This document shows, piece by piece, positions 11,784-23,822 of a stretch of DNA of 64,000 nucleotides. The translations under genes were made by a program, and so were the position numbers. The notes under the pieces are model-generated. The model saw nothing but the letters and a program-made list of their open reading frames with translations. It made no database searches and was not told where the DNA came from. Numbering within the stretch: the first letter of the stretch is position 1; each line of letters opens with the position of its first letter. The stretch covers positions 11,765,263-11,829,262 of the forward strand of contig NC_134028.1 of assembly GCF_964204645.1 (NCBI RefSeq), written 5' to 3'. This stretch comes from Tubulanus polymorphus. Its lineage: Eukaryota; Animalia; Nemertea.

Positions 11784-13227
11784 AACATATTTTGTTTACC
11801 TCCGATAGTTCCCAGTCTCCAGGTCATCAAAGCTCATAGGGGTTCCACCGGCATGGACACATAGATTTCAAATGGCCTGACTTAATTCCATTGCCAATAA
11901 ATTGAACAGTTTGAAGTTCTGGGCCAAAGGAAATCACCCGTGGTTTCCGCAGGTATTACTCTAGTGCTATACATTATAACAAAATTTGAATTTGCAGAGG
12001 CGTTGGAAGTGCAGGGACTGCAGTGGTGAAAGCCATAATAACTTAATAAATTACTTAACCCTTTCACTGCCAGTATTTTGTAATCAATTAACCCTCTCCT
12101 GCCACTTATAATTAGTGGTTTTTGTAGGTATAACATACAATATATTCAATTAGCTCCATGGCTTTTACTACTGAATTTAACTCGTGTAAACTATATATGG
12201 TTAGAAAGTAAATATACTAAGCTATCTTATCCAACCAAAAAAAAGTAATGCCGTATAAACAAGTTCAACCAATGATGTCATCAAGATGGCTGCCAAACTC
12301 TGTTCCAATCGAAAAATGAAATTTCAAACTCATATATCATGTTACAGTAAGCAAATATATGATTATTTTCAATCTAATGCACTTATATGTAATGATTGCT
12401 ACACAATAAAGTTATTTCATGTTGATAACGATGGTTATTCAGTTTTAATTGATTTTTTTTGTGCCTGAATATGGTCACTCACTGATACCAAAATTCTCGG
12501 ATTTCGAACACATTCTCATTTTTAAGTCAGATTCTTTTCAGCGTGCCATATTTTGAAACAAGGATAAGGACACAAGGGAATGTTACCACAAAAATAATGA
12601 CCAGCTGGCTGATTTCCATCACTGTTATAATTATGATCATCCAAATTATTTTCAGTGTTGCCATGGTTTCTGTCAAAATCATCACCCTAAAAATCCAAAC
12701 TACTATCCTCAACACCCAACGATGAATTCGCATCTGACGCTTCATCACTCAAATGTCCAAATGTGTTATCATTCTGATCAACAATATCAACGAATTGATC
12801 CCACCTTAGTTCGCTTTTTTGTTCTAGCATTATCCATAAGACAATAAGCACACTTGTTACTACACATCAAGTCATTTTCTAAGCGTGAAATTAACGTAAA
12901 AGTGTAATATTTTTCCAAAAAAACTCTGCTACCTTGAGGTTTAGTTTGTGTCTGTACTACCGACATAGTTCTATCAATATCCGCCAGGTGCAGACACTTC
13001 AGGTATATAATAGTCACTAAATTGACAAGTGACTCGAGCATTTGCTCGGCCGAGCATAATTGAAGAAGACTCGGCCGAGTGAGTGGTTAAATTCGGCGGT
13101 CCACTCGGCCGAGCTAACAGTATAGTAATTCCTTTACTCCGCCGAGTAAACAAAGAAAACACAGTGCTTATGGCGAGACAGTATCGGTTATGATAACAGA
13201 CAGCCACAAAATAGGTCTACTGACGCA

Positions 13228-13622
13228 ATGTCTACAGGAACGTCAAAACTAAAGATCGAGGAGTTGCGATAACGGGGAGCAATGTTTAAAAAGAATCGTT
13301 GAAAACGCGGATATCGGATATTTGTGATGGAATTACAACTGACGAGCAACCAGGAATAGTTGAAAGTGAAAACGTGATAATTTCGAATCAGTTTCCAAAT
13401 ATAGCTGAGGTATACGGCAGAAGTTTTAATTCTCTGCCTAGTGATGACGCCAGAGTCCTGCTCACGAAATTAGTATATTTGAGCAAAGTTTTAAGTGGAA
13501 TGCGTTCTACCAACCCACACTGGGGAGATGAATCATGTCGTGTTCAGTGGTGGCCTGAAAACCTACCATGGAGGAGAGAACTGGCAGATCGGCCTACATT
13601 TTTCATAAATGTGAAAGCTTGA
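13228..13622 (+). pseudogene. Accessory ORF of the KDZ element with an NRF1/Ewg-like DNA-binding motif
   Basis: NPHWGDESCRVQWWPENLPW resembles NRF1 KPGWGKESCKPIWWPEDIPW; upstream ATG at 13228 is separated by a stop and a frameshift; possible donor AG-GTACGC at ~13625. Confidence 0.55.
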
Positions 13623-13857
13623 CAGGTACGCAAAAATAAATTTAATTCTAATTTCTAATATGAACTTGCTATTAAAATTGTTCGAAAGCAAAAATTAAAC
13701 AATTAAGAGAAAAATGTCCCTTAAGGTAGAAAAAATACCCTAGTCTATCATTTCATGTATTATAATCATTGGAAAATTTATTCACTCAGTGTATGTGTAC
13801 ATATATTATGTTTATATTTTAATAAAATTCAATTTATAGATTCAGATATCAAATTCA

Positions 13858-16800
13858 TTATACTTTCGTTATTTTATCTCGGTTTTCTATCGCGAGGAAC
13901 AAAGCAATGTGACGCATAAAGTTCTCAGGCTTCATATATGCTAACTGTGATTTCAGGCGAACCAAGCCTGCATTTGCTTGTTCGTTGACTTGGCTGTTGA
14001 TATTTGTGACATCCACATTCGCTTTGTACAAGTCAAGAGAGTATCCATCGCAGCATCTGTAATTATAGTAACATATTAAAAATGTATCAATACAGTATAA
14101 ACTCTTTACAATGATACTGCTTTAACCACAAAGGATTAATACTCCCAACCTAAAATGAAAAGACGTATTTAATTTATTCAGACTCCACTCTGGAATTGTG
14201 GGGGACCAAAAATGTGTGTTTATATGAGGATACAATAAATGACAGAAAAGTGACATCAACTTTATATATCTGTACGAATCAGGCGCAGTAACATAATAAC
14301 ATAATATTTACCCTGTGTGATTTTTCCAGTGTAAGCGGTCAACACAGAACATTGTATTTCTGAAGAATTCTGGTTCTCTACAAAATAATCAAAACAAGAA
14401 AGATGATTCACTCATTTTTCATAAGTAACGAGATGAGTAGTACTATATAGGTTAACTATTTATTTGACGCACGAGCTTTCGCTACTAATGAATCAGGTGA
14501 ATGAGTATAGTCAATAGAAAAACGACAGTTTTTATAGGTAGACTGACACTAATTACAGAGAACTGAGTGAGAAGAGTAATTACAAATAAATGATGAGTGA
14601 CATGATAATTAATAACTAAGTGAGTGAGTGGATAATTAATCAATTAAGGAACAACAAACTAAAACAAATCAAAGAGAAATAATCAAAATGAAACTATATC
14701 AAAGTTAAATAAACAGATAGTATCTAAGAGTAACAAATAACAAGAAATGGGAGTCCAAAATAAGTCCAGATACAATGAATAACAAACGAAATTACGTTCT
14801 GTAGTGGGACATGAATCCTAGATCGCGATTGAGGCCAAGATTAACAGTATCACCGCGTTGAATAAGTTTTTGTTCCATGATTTCGCGCGAATGCTTATTA
14901 GAAGTGTTCATTTTATGTAACGCGGTCACTTTTAGGTTACTGATAGTGTGGTTCGAAAGATAGATATGTTCGCCGATAGGTTTAACCATTTTCTTGTGTC
15001 TGATATCAAATTTGTGACCGTTCAAGCGTTGATGTAATGTTTGTCCAGTTTCTCCGATTATGACACTACTCGTCTTGTTACTTATTTTAAACCAGGTTAA
15101 CACAGCTATATATTCTCATCAATTTTTCATATCTATGAATAAGTTTCTTATGGACAATTTGTCAACTGAAGTGAAAACGCTTACCTATTCAAACAGTACT
15201 GACGAAGTTTACAAGCATTGTCGTACATGATAAGGTTAGGAGGTTTTGAAAACCTTGTCTTGAAGATGCTGAATGGGTGCTTCTGCGATTCGTGACTTTC
15301 CATAACCTGAATACGATAAATATTTCTTATCTTTAAAAATCTATTCCCATCCGACACTAGATTACTCAATTTCTAAGGTTTTTCTTACCTGAAATCCGTA
15401 ACTAATGCTATGAAGACAAAACACTGTAAATATTCCTGGAGTCAGGACTCTGTGACACTTCGAATATTTCTGACACATGTCTCGTTCACTCTCCCAACAA
15501 TTACTTCTAGCTGTGTGTATTGTATCCATTTTGTATGATGCATCTCTGGAATATTTATAAGCAACTGTATTAAAAATAGCCCATTTCATTTAATACTATA
15601 ACTGAAATGAAGAATACTTACTTATGTAGCTTTGGTGATACTGGAAAGAAACTCAGTGTTCTAAATATCTCTTCGCTTTCTGCAGCACAGTACAAGTTGG
15701 ATTTATTTTGTACCTATGATTTTAAAAAGTTGAATTGTAAGAATTTCACATAGTAGCAAAAAAATGTACTGTTAAGCAGTTTTACATTTTCATATCAGTC
15801 ACAATAAATATACAACTTACCTCATAGCACAATTTAATTCGAGCAACAGTGTCATATATGAATGTCCTGTGAACATCTGTCAATTCTTGGCTAACTTGAT
15901 CCCGACATCCAAGTATGAAACAAACTACGATTGTTGCTTCTTTCATCAGCTGAGCAACGTTTGTCTGATTACTTGATTGAAAAAAGTCAGCCTGCCTCAA
16001 GCAGGACTGTAGTAATTGTAAAGTCAATTCTACATTATTTGACTGAACAAGGGCACAAACAGGCCCATTACATGAAAGTGCTTTAAACAATTCTCTCTCA
16101 TTTTCCTTAGCAGTCAACGATTCATTTTCCAAAATTAACGTGGATAAGCTACGAAGATGTTACTCGTGTAGACAGTTATTTTGGTCCATTTTTTGTGCCT
16201 GAGGTAAATGAACTGGCTCCTTAGGTACCGTCTCAGCTGATCCAGCTACCTGACCACCCGCATACTGCCGAAGAAGCTTTCTAGCTTTAGTCAATGGGAA
16301 AAATACACAGTCTAGATGTTTAGGTCCAGAAATTGGTGCTGACTCTGGGAAATCTGATGATGTGGAAGACTCAGATTTAATAAAGTCTTTCCTGAAGCCA
16401 ATATCTACCCCCTCACAAATTATTACAGGCGGAGTGGAGAGAAATTTCTGACACACGAACTCGTCATTCCAGGTGAACGAGAGAAGCCTGATAAATACAT
16501 TCCAGCTTCCCTGCAATACATGTAGGGGAATCACATGTTCACTAAAAAGATTCACTGAAGTTCGAGACAGTGCCCTAAAAATAACAAAAATTATCTATTT
16601 GATAACAGCGTTTCTTCGTTTAAAATGTTTCAGGAAAATCTCGATAAAGATTTCACTGGTTTTTTACATTTCATTTTTAGGTACAATTCGATAGCATACC
16701 TTTGGAATGTTGACAATGGATTGCGCCCCTCAACCATCAGATGTAAACATCTAAACAATAGCCGATAATCTACAAAATCTGCATTGTTTAAATTAATCAG

Positions 16801-18186
16801 CAAACTTCGCTGCCATCAAAATGAAGCTTACAGTCACACGATCATGTAGTCGGTCGATAATAAGCTGAAATGATATTAAGCACTGTCAAATTGATTTGTT
16901 TGGAATACATGAAAGAATAAAAAATAAATGTGAACAAATAAATGCAGGGAGAATTACCTTTAATTGGCTTAATTATTCCATCATGCGTGGTTTCATTCAT
17001 TAAACAATTTTCAGTATGGACTTTCACGGTCTCTTTCGATAACCAGTTCATAGCAAATGGATCTCGTGTATCCCAAGGCTTACCATACGTACAACAACGA
17101 GTGTAGGATAATACGATAAAATATTTACAGATTCAGTTTCATTGTTATCTTCTAATTCATCCGGATTGACAGCACTTGGGAATAATATTGTAACTGCTTT
17201 GCAATGTATACAGTAAGCATCCGATTGCTTTCCATAAAATGACTTCCCAGGTTCACTTAGACTCATTGATAACGCCCGAAGATAAAGCTTGTTACACTCT
17301 CCAACAAAACAGGTACACATCAGTAACGAGCAGGACTCATCCATATGTGTGAATCTGGATTCTTTCCTAACTACACAATGTTGAGAACTTTTATAATCCG
17401 CCAATACAAAAGCATTATTCGAAATCATCCAGAATTTCTCACTTCTTCGCAAATCCTGCATATAATTGTACTCCAGGTTTATTTCGATACTGAGGAAAGA
17501 CGATGAACTAACATCTCTGAAAAGTAAAAAAAAAGCTTTTTACTACAGTAGTCCAAACATTTAAAAAAAGCTTATGGTTGTAGGCCTATACGAAATGTGG
17601 TATTGTTTCATGTCGCAGAATTTTTGTAGCCTGAATTAAGCTTAATTTTCTCTTTCATTGTTATTGGTACAAATTTCATTTATCATCTGTTGTATCATCA
17701 TCCAAAACCATGTAAGATTTTATGATGAATAAAAATTGATTGAATGTGAATTACGACCGAGTCTTCGGATGATCATTCTGACCGAGCACCGAGAGTTTTT
17801 TATTCACACAATACATGACCCAATATAAATAGAACTGAATCATGGGAGTTACTTCAGTACATGGGAGATAGTTCAGAGTGAGGGTGTCCCGAGCTTACAT
17901 CGTAGCGGATTTCGAAATCGATCAAACTTATCAAGTAAGTTAAGATTATTAGGATTAGGAAAACTTACGATGTATTGTAGTACTAGTAGGCCTGTTGTTA
18001 ATGTTATTAATTGTTGGTTACTTACTGCGACATGGTCTGACATGGCGCTCTTGTATTATTTGATTCTGAAGCACATGATGAAGTTTTCTGCTGTTTCAAG
18101 GGTGTTACAGTTGACAAGATCGTACTTTTTCGTTCTTCACGTTTCTTACAAGGAACTATATTAGCGCTGCGTGCTTGGCGAGGCAT
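13858..18186 (-). pseudogene. Intron-containing KDZ transposase with CxC4-like cysteine cluster (HMGXB3-related), disrupted upstream
   Basis: In-phase GT-AG exons 15389-~15545, 15185-15306, 14312-14377 and 13858-14056 give LTPGIFTVFCLH..ESHES..IMYDNACKLRQYCLNR-EPEFF..VDRLHWKNHTGC..NSQVNEQANAGL; YYRPT..CDC..FDG at ~16700-16864 with a stop/frameshift; putative first exon from ATG 18186 (MPRQARS). Confidence 0.85.
14450..15065 (-). mobile_element. 5'-truncated Penelope-like retroelement (GIY-YIG C-terminus plus pLTR) in a transposase intron
   Basis: ORF 14792-15103: IGETGQTLHQRLNGHKFDI..EH..REIMEQKLI..GLNRD; degenerate hammerhead CACCTGAT..GAAAGCTCGTG on the minus strand at ~14470-14500. Confidence 0.85.
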
Positions 18187-19235
18187 TCTCAATCAATGAT
18201 CTTGAAGTGAGCGCGACAGTGGCGGCGCAAACGGAATACGGACCGGACCAAATTCAATTTTATTTTATTTTGTGAACCAATCGGGCGGCACCCACAGACA
18301 TTTTCGAACTAATTGTTTGCTCGACTGACAGGGTAAGAATGAACAAACTACTGATATCTTGGCCAAGTGTGACTGCAGAATTTAATAAGTCACTCGGCCA
18401 AGTAGATTGGCGAATTCTATCGTTTACTCGGCCAAGTAAAGAACTTAACTTTTACTAAACTCGGCCGAGTGGATTGTCGAATTCGAACAATCACTCGGCC
18501 GAGTAAACAACTTTCTGATATAATGCTTGTCAATTGGGACCGTATTTTATAGCTCGACACTTCCCATATTTATTCAACTCTACTCAGTTCAGACTATTTC
18601 CGGAGAGGCAGTTTGGGGTGAAATTACGCTCCCGACTATAACTGGAGTGGCAGTTATATGGTTAATGATCATTGAAGTTCTAAAATTGCTTCCAACGTGC
18701 CTGATTTTTAAGTCAATTATGTAGCACTTATTAAAACCTAATTAACATAATTATTATTTTTCAGAAACTGGCTCAAATTAAATTCAGAGACGTTACCAAT
18801 TCCTATAAATAAGCCTGTTATTCTATTCTGCAGTATGATCTGATAATAATCCGAAAATTATGGATTTTTATTCATTAATCATTTTAGCTGTCAGGTCATA
18901 AATAAAAATAACTTTCACCGAAGGTCATTTTTCAGAAAAATCTAGAAATTTGGAATTTCACTGCCATTCACTGTCCCTCTCATGCAAAATTCACTGCCAA
19001 CTGCAGCAACTTTTTAAGAAATGTGCTAATTTTCGAGCCAGTGACCAAATGCCCACACTAAGGCCTTTTCAATTAGTTGGAGTATGAATTTTACCAGCAA
19101 AATGAAGGGTAGAAGAGGAAAATATACAATCTTTCAAAGCATATATACTTTTTCAGATCACAAATCTATTTAAATGGAAGGGAACACAGCGCCCTTCTAT
19201 GAGTATTTTCCATGTAAATCTTGGAAGGACTGTAG

Positions 19236-20506
19236 AACTAGGGGTCCAGGGACACCATGCCCACTTGGGAAGTGGTTCCAAATGCTCAACAAACTAACAA
19301 TTTCAATATTCAACGCCCCCTGGTGACCATATACAAAAACCGATGACCTTGAAACTCACCACAATCATAGAACATGTCAGCAGCAACGATTTTGTAATTG
19401 ATTGTGATAACAAAATATGCCTCGTTACCAATTTAATATGGATATACAAAGTTATTCTACTATTCAACGCCCCCTGGTGACCATATCCAAAATCCACTGA
19501 CCTCGAAACTCACCACAATCATAGAACATGTTATGAGCTACAACTTTGCAATTGATCATGGTAACAAAATATGCCTAGGTACCAATATAATAAGGAAATA
19601 CTAAGTTATTCTACTATTCAACGCCCCCTGGTGACCATATAGAAAAACTAATGTCCTTAAAACTCGCAAAAATCATAGATGATGTCATGCGCTACAACTT
19701 TCCAATTGATTGTGGTTACAAAATATGCATAGGTATGAATATAATAAAGAAATGCGAAGATATTGTATTATTCAACGCCCCCTGGTGGCCATATACGAAA
19801 TCCAATTACCTCGAAACTCACCACAATCATAGAACACATTATGAGCTACAACTTTCTTATTGATTGTGGTATCAAAATATGCTTAGGTATCAATATAATG
19901 TGGAAAAACTTTTTCCCATTTACGAATGAGTACTAGTGACACCAAGATGTCCGCCAATTGCGTCATAATTGGCTGATGAAAAATACCTGTCCCAGGTATA
20001 AAACATCCCTTTCCAAAGAATACCCATCACAAATTTCAATGAGAAACGGCAAACCAGTAGGAAGCTACAGGACTCAGAATTCGGGCCAAAATTAACATTT
20101 TTGGGCACTAAAAAGGTCATAGGACAGCCATCTTGAGTCCGATCGACCTAATTTTTGTTATGCTGATGGGCCCTGGGGGGATTCACATATATCCGAAAGA
20201 TCAAGGTAATTGATCGAAGCGTCTTAAAAATTTCCCTCAAAAAGTTCAAAAATGTGTAAAAAGTGCTGATTTTGGCAAACAACAATGGCTGCCAGTCGGC
20301 CATCTTGATTCTGACAGGGCCAGTTTTTGGGCTGAAGGTGTGTCTAGGATAGATACATGTGTAACCCAAATATCAAGACGTTACCTTGAAGCGTCTTCAA
20401 AACTTCCCAAAATAACTGGATTCCGTTTACGGACGGACGGACACTACGACGGACGAAAAGTGAACGCAATAGCCCGCAGGGACTAAAGTCCCAAGTGGGC
20501 TAAAAA
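19236..20506 (-). mobile_element. Full-length HINE family 1 with 4 core units
   Basis: Same termini as 7215-8947, GGGACTAAAGTCCC hairpin, GGAC microsatellite. Confidence 0.85.
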
Positions 20507-20649
20507 TGAAGAATGAAAACTGTTTTGGATGGAATTCAAATGATGGGAGAAAACTAACTTTTTCAAATAATTAGCTCAAAAATCAAGACAGAAATATAGC
20601 TGCAAAGCAGCGATAACGGGTTTTCTGCACAGTCTTAGAATCCTGTTCA

Positions 20650-20890
20650 ACGGTGGATTTCAACAAAGCATTTGATAAGGCTCAACATCAGCCATTACTA
20701 AACAGGCTATTAGGAAACAGTATCAATGATAGGTCGCCCAAATGGCTCAGCAGTTATCTCTGAACGGAAACTTGTAACCGAAATCAACAGAACGCCTCAT
20801 CTTGGAATGAGACGGTCTAACTAGTGGAGTCACGCAAGGTAGTATCCTAAGTCGTCTTCTGTTTAATGTCCTGACAAATGACATACACAG
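20650..20890 (+). pseudogene. Degenerate non-LTR reverse transcriptase fragment
   Basis: Translates DFNKAFDKAQHQPLLNRL..KWLSSYL and SGVTQGSILSRLLFNVLTNDI. Confidence 0.75.
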
Positions 20891-20959
20891 TAATCCAAAA
20901 TATACCAGAACGAGTAAATTTCCAAAACGACCTTAACACACCAAAAAACTTAATGTTCC

Positions 20960-22225
20960 GACAAAACCACGGGCGACAAAACCAAAATTAGGAATTGTCA
21001 CGGGTGACAAAACCAAAAAAAAAATTGTCGCGGACGACAAAAACAAAATATAAAACCAAAATAATGAATTGTCGTGGGTGATAAAACCAAACTAATGAAT
21101 TGTCGCGGGTGATAAAACCAAAATATTGAATTGTCACGGGCGACAAAACCAAACTAATGAATTGTCGGGGGCGATAAAACCAAACTATGAATTGTCACGG
21201 GCGATTAAACAAAAATATTGAATTGTCGCGGGTGATAAAACCAAAATATTGATTTGTCGCGGGCGACAAAACCAAACTAATGAATTGTCGCGGGCGATAA
21301 AACCAAACTATGAATTGTCGCGGTTGATAAAACCAAAATATTGAATTGTCACGGGCGACAAAACCAAACTAATGAATTGTCGGGGGCGATAAAACCAAAC
21401 TATGAATTGTCACGGGCGATTAAACAAAAATATTGAATTGTCGCGAGTGATAAAACCAAAATATTGATTTGTCGCGGGCGACAAAACCAAACTAATGAAT
21501 TGTCGCGGGCGATAAAACCAAACTATGAATTGTCTCGGGCGACAAAAACAAAATATTGAATTGTCACGTGCGACAAAACCAAAATAATGAATTGTCGCGG
21601 GCGACAAAACCAAAATAATGAATTGTCGCGGGCGATAAAACCAAAATAATGAATTGTCTCGGGCGACAAAAACAAAATATTGAATTGTCACGTGCGACAA
21701 AACCAAAATAATGAATTGTCGCGGGCGACAAAACCAAAATAATGAATTGTTGCGGGCGATAAAACCAAAATAATGAATTGTCTCGTGCGACAAAACCAAA
21801 ATAATGAATTATCGCGGGCGATTAAACCAAAATAATGAATTATCGCGGGCGACAAAACCAAAATATTGAATTGTCGCGGGCAACAAAACCAAAAAAAAAA
21901 TTGTCGCGGACGACAAAAACAAAATATAAAACCAAAATAATGAATTGTCTTGGGCGACAAAACCAAAATATTGAATTGTCGCGGGCGACAAAACCAAAAT
22001 AATAAATTGTCGCTGGAGATAAAACCAAAGAAACGAATTGTCGCGGGCGACAAAACCAAAATATTGAATTGTTGCGGGCGACAAAACCAAACTAATGAAT
22101 TGTCGCGGGCGACAAAACCAAAAAAAGTAATGTCGGGGCGACAAAACCAAAATAATGAATTGTCGCGGGCGATAAAACCAAAATAATGATTTGTCGCGGG
22201 CGATAAAACCAAAATAATGAATTGT
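20960..22225. repeat. Minisatellite, ~31-bp unit AAAACCAAAATAATGAATTGTCGCGGGCGAC, ~40 copies
   Basis: Direct tandem array with higher-order duplications; the repetitive ORFs 21410-22280 are by-products. Confidence 0.95.
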
Positions 22226-23419
22226 TTTCTCGCGTTATTTTAGTTTTGTCGTTTTGTCGTAATGTTGCCCTCATTTGCATATTCGTGTTTTTTTAATCTT
22301 ATCAGCCACCATACTAAAGCCTTAAGGTCGCGTAAAACTCGATCAACACTTCAAGCGACACAGCGAACGATCTCCTTTCCTCCACTGCGAACGCTTACTC
22401 CGAATGTCAAGTGTGAGTCAAGCATACGGATAGGAATGTGTTATATACTTGTATTTAGTAAATACCTTGTGGATTTGACAATGATCGGTATGTACTGTAG
22501 GAAATATAGAGTATTGATGGTATTGATATAGAGGTTTAAGCCCGCGGCCGAATAAAGTAATATATTTCTTTATTTTGATACCTCGTCGACATAACAGCTT
22601 TTCTCCGCTATATCTCTTCGGCGTGTTTAGTTTAGGCCTACGACTCCCCGGTACACTTATGATTTACCTTAGTAAATACACGGTTAATTTGGTAAAGAAA
22701 AACACTTATGATTTATCTTAGTAAATACACGGTTAATTTGGTAAAGAAAAATAGGTACTGCTAAACTAACTGCTTGACGCCCGCAGCCAAATCACTGGTA
22801 GTTATAAATTAATTTGTACTCGATTTGATTCTCATGATGAGGAGAAACTCGCAGCTATCCCCGGAACGACGATGTAGTAACACACGTCGATTCGTCGATG
22901 TTTACGGCTCGACAGTGCTTTTAAAATCTAAAGTAGTAAATTTCCAGTGTATCGGTAATATGATTTGATGAGGAAAATGGGCCATTGTTAAAATCACTGT
23001 TTGAAGACCGCGACTGAATGTGAAGTCTGCGGCAATAAATTAGTTCATTTATACTTGAATATATAATCGAAGTGACAGTCGGCCTGCGGGTTGATTTCGG
23101 GATGACGACTCGAAAAACATGTCGCCCCATTGAATGGGGCTAAATTTTCGATGTTTACGGCCCGACAGCGCTTTTGTAACGATGATTCGTGAAAAAACAC
23201 GCGGGCTATTTGTAGATCTCAGTGAGCTGAACGATATTATATGGATTGTATATGAAACAGCGGTAAGGTAACAAAGCCTATGTTCTTGTGGTAAAAATAG
23301 TGTGGAAGAAAATAATAATAATAATAATCACGCGGATATCAATAGGGTTTTCTGTGAAATAACAGAAAACCCTAAATATCACGAAAAAATGTTTTTTTAT
23401 ATGTTACATATGATGAATT

Positions 23420-23822
23420 CTAAGGGGGATCTGTGCTCCAAGCAATTAAAAAGGCCACGTGTCCCCTTGAACCAAGAAATTGGTATGAAAATCCTTCAAT
23501 TGACATGATCCCTGCGAAATCACACATAACTGCATGATTCATCATGGATATACATGGTAGTGGGTTTTCTCCAATGACTTGAAATAGACACCTTCTGTGT
23601 AAAATTGAAAAGAAATCAATATAATTTATATATTGGGCATTAAACATCGTCACACTGTTGCCAAGTTATCCATTATTCATTAATACAAAAACACAAATCT
23701 ATAGATTTGCTACATTTCTAAAATTGAAGGCCCAAAATCTGTTTTGAAAACCAGAGCTGAATTCAAGGCCTAGAATTTCCCTTTTGATAATTCAATGCTA
23801 TTGAGGCCCGCTACGAATGCTG
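23420..23822. mobile_element. hAT-type MITE fragment, related to ~55770-56236
   Basis: Shared GGTAGTGGGTTTT..CCAATGACT and an end resembling GCTACGAACCCTG of the element ending at 60144. Confidence 0.55.

Larger units (their letters stand above)
10982..11975 (+). repeat. Tandem dimer of a ~494-bp unit containing a tRNA-derived segment
   Basis: TCTATATATTA..GAAACTATGTACCAAATAG at 10982 and 11476; the units are collinear throughout. Confidence 0.85.
13001..18555 (-). mobile_element. KDZ (Kyakuja-like) DNA transposon with imperfect TIRs, palindromic subterminal repeats and 8-bp TSD
   Basis: GACACTTC at 12993-13000 and 18556-18563; ends AGGTATATAATA..AATTGACAAG / CTTGTCAATT..TATTTTATAGCT; ACTCGGCCGAGT arrays at both ends; encodes a spliced KDZ transposase. 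Confidence 0.85.

Noticed and set aside
18357-18504. Repeat-spacer pattern resembling a mini CRISPR array
   Set aside because: Repeats are only 12 bp, the context is eukaryotic with no cas genes, and the array is mirrored at the other end of a transposon; these are subterminal repeats.
20960-22280. CRISPR array or repetitive membrane-protein ORFs
   Set aside because: Contiguous 31-bp units with no unique spacers; the ORFs cycle through all frames of the repeat.
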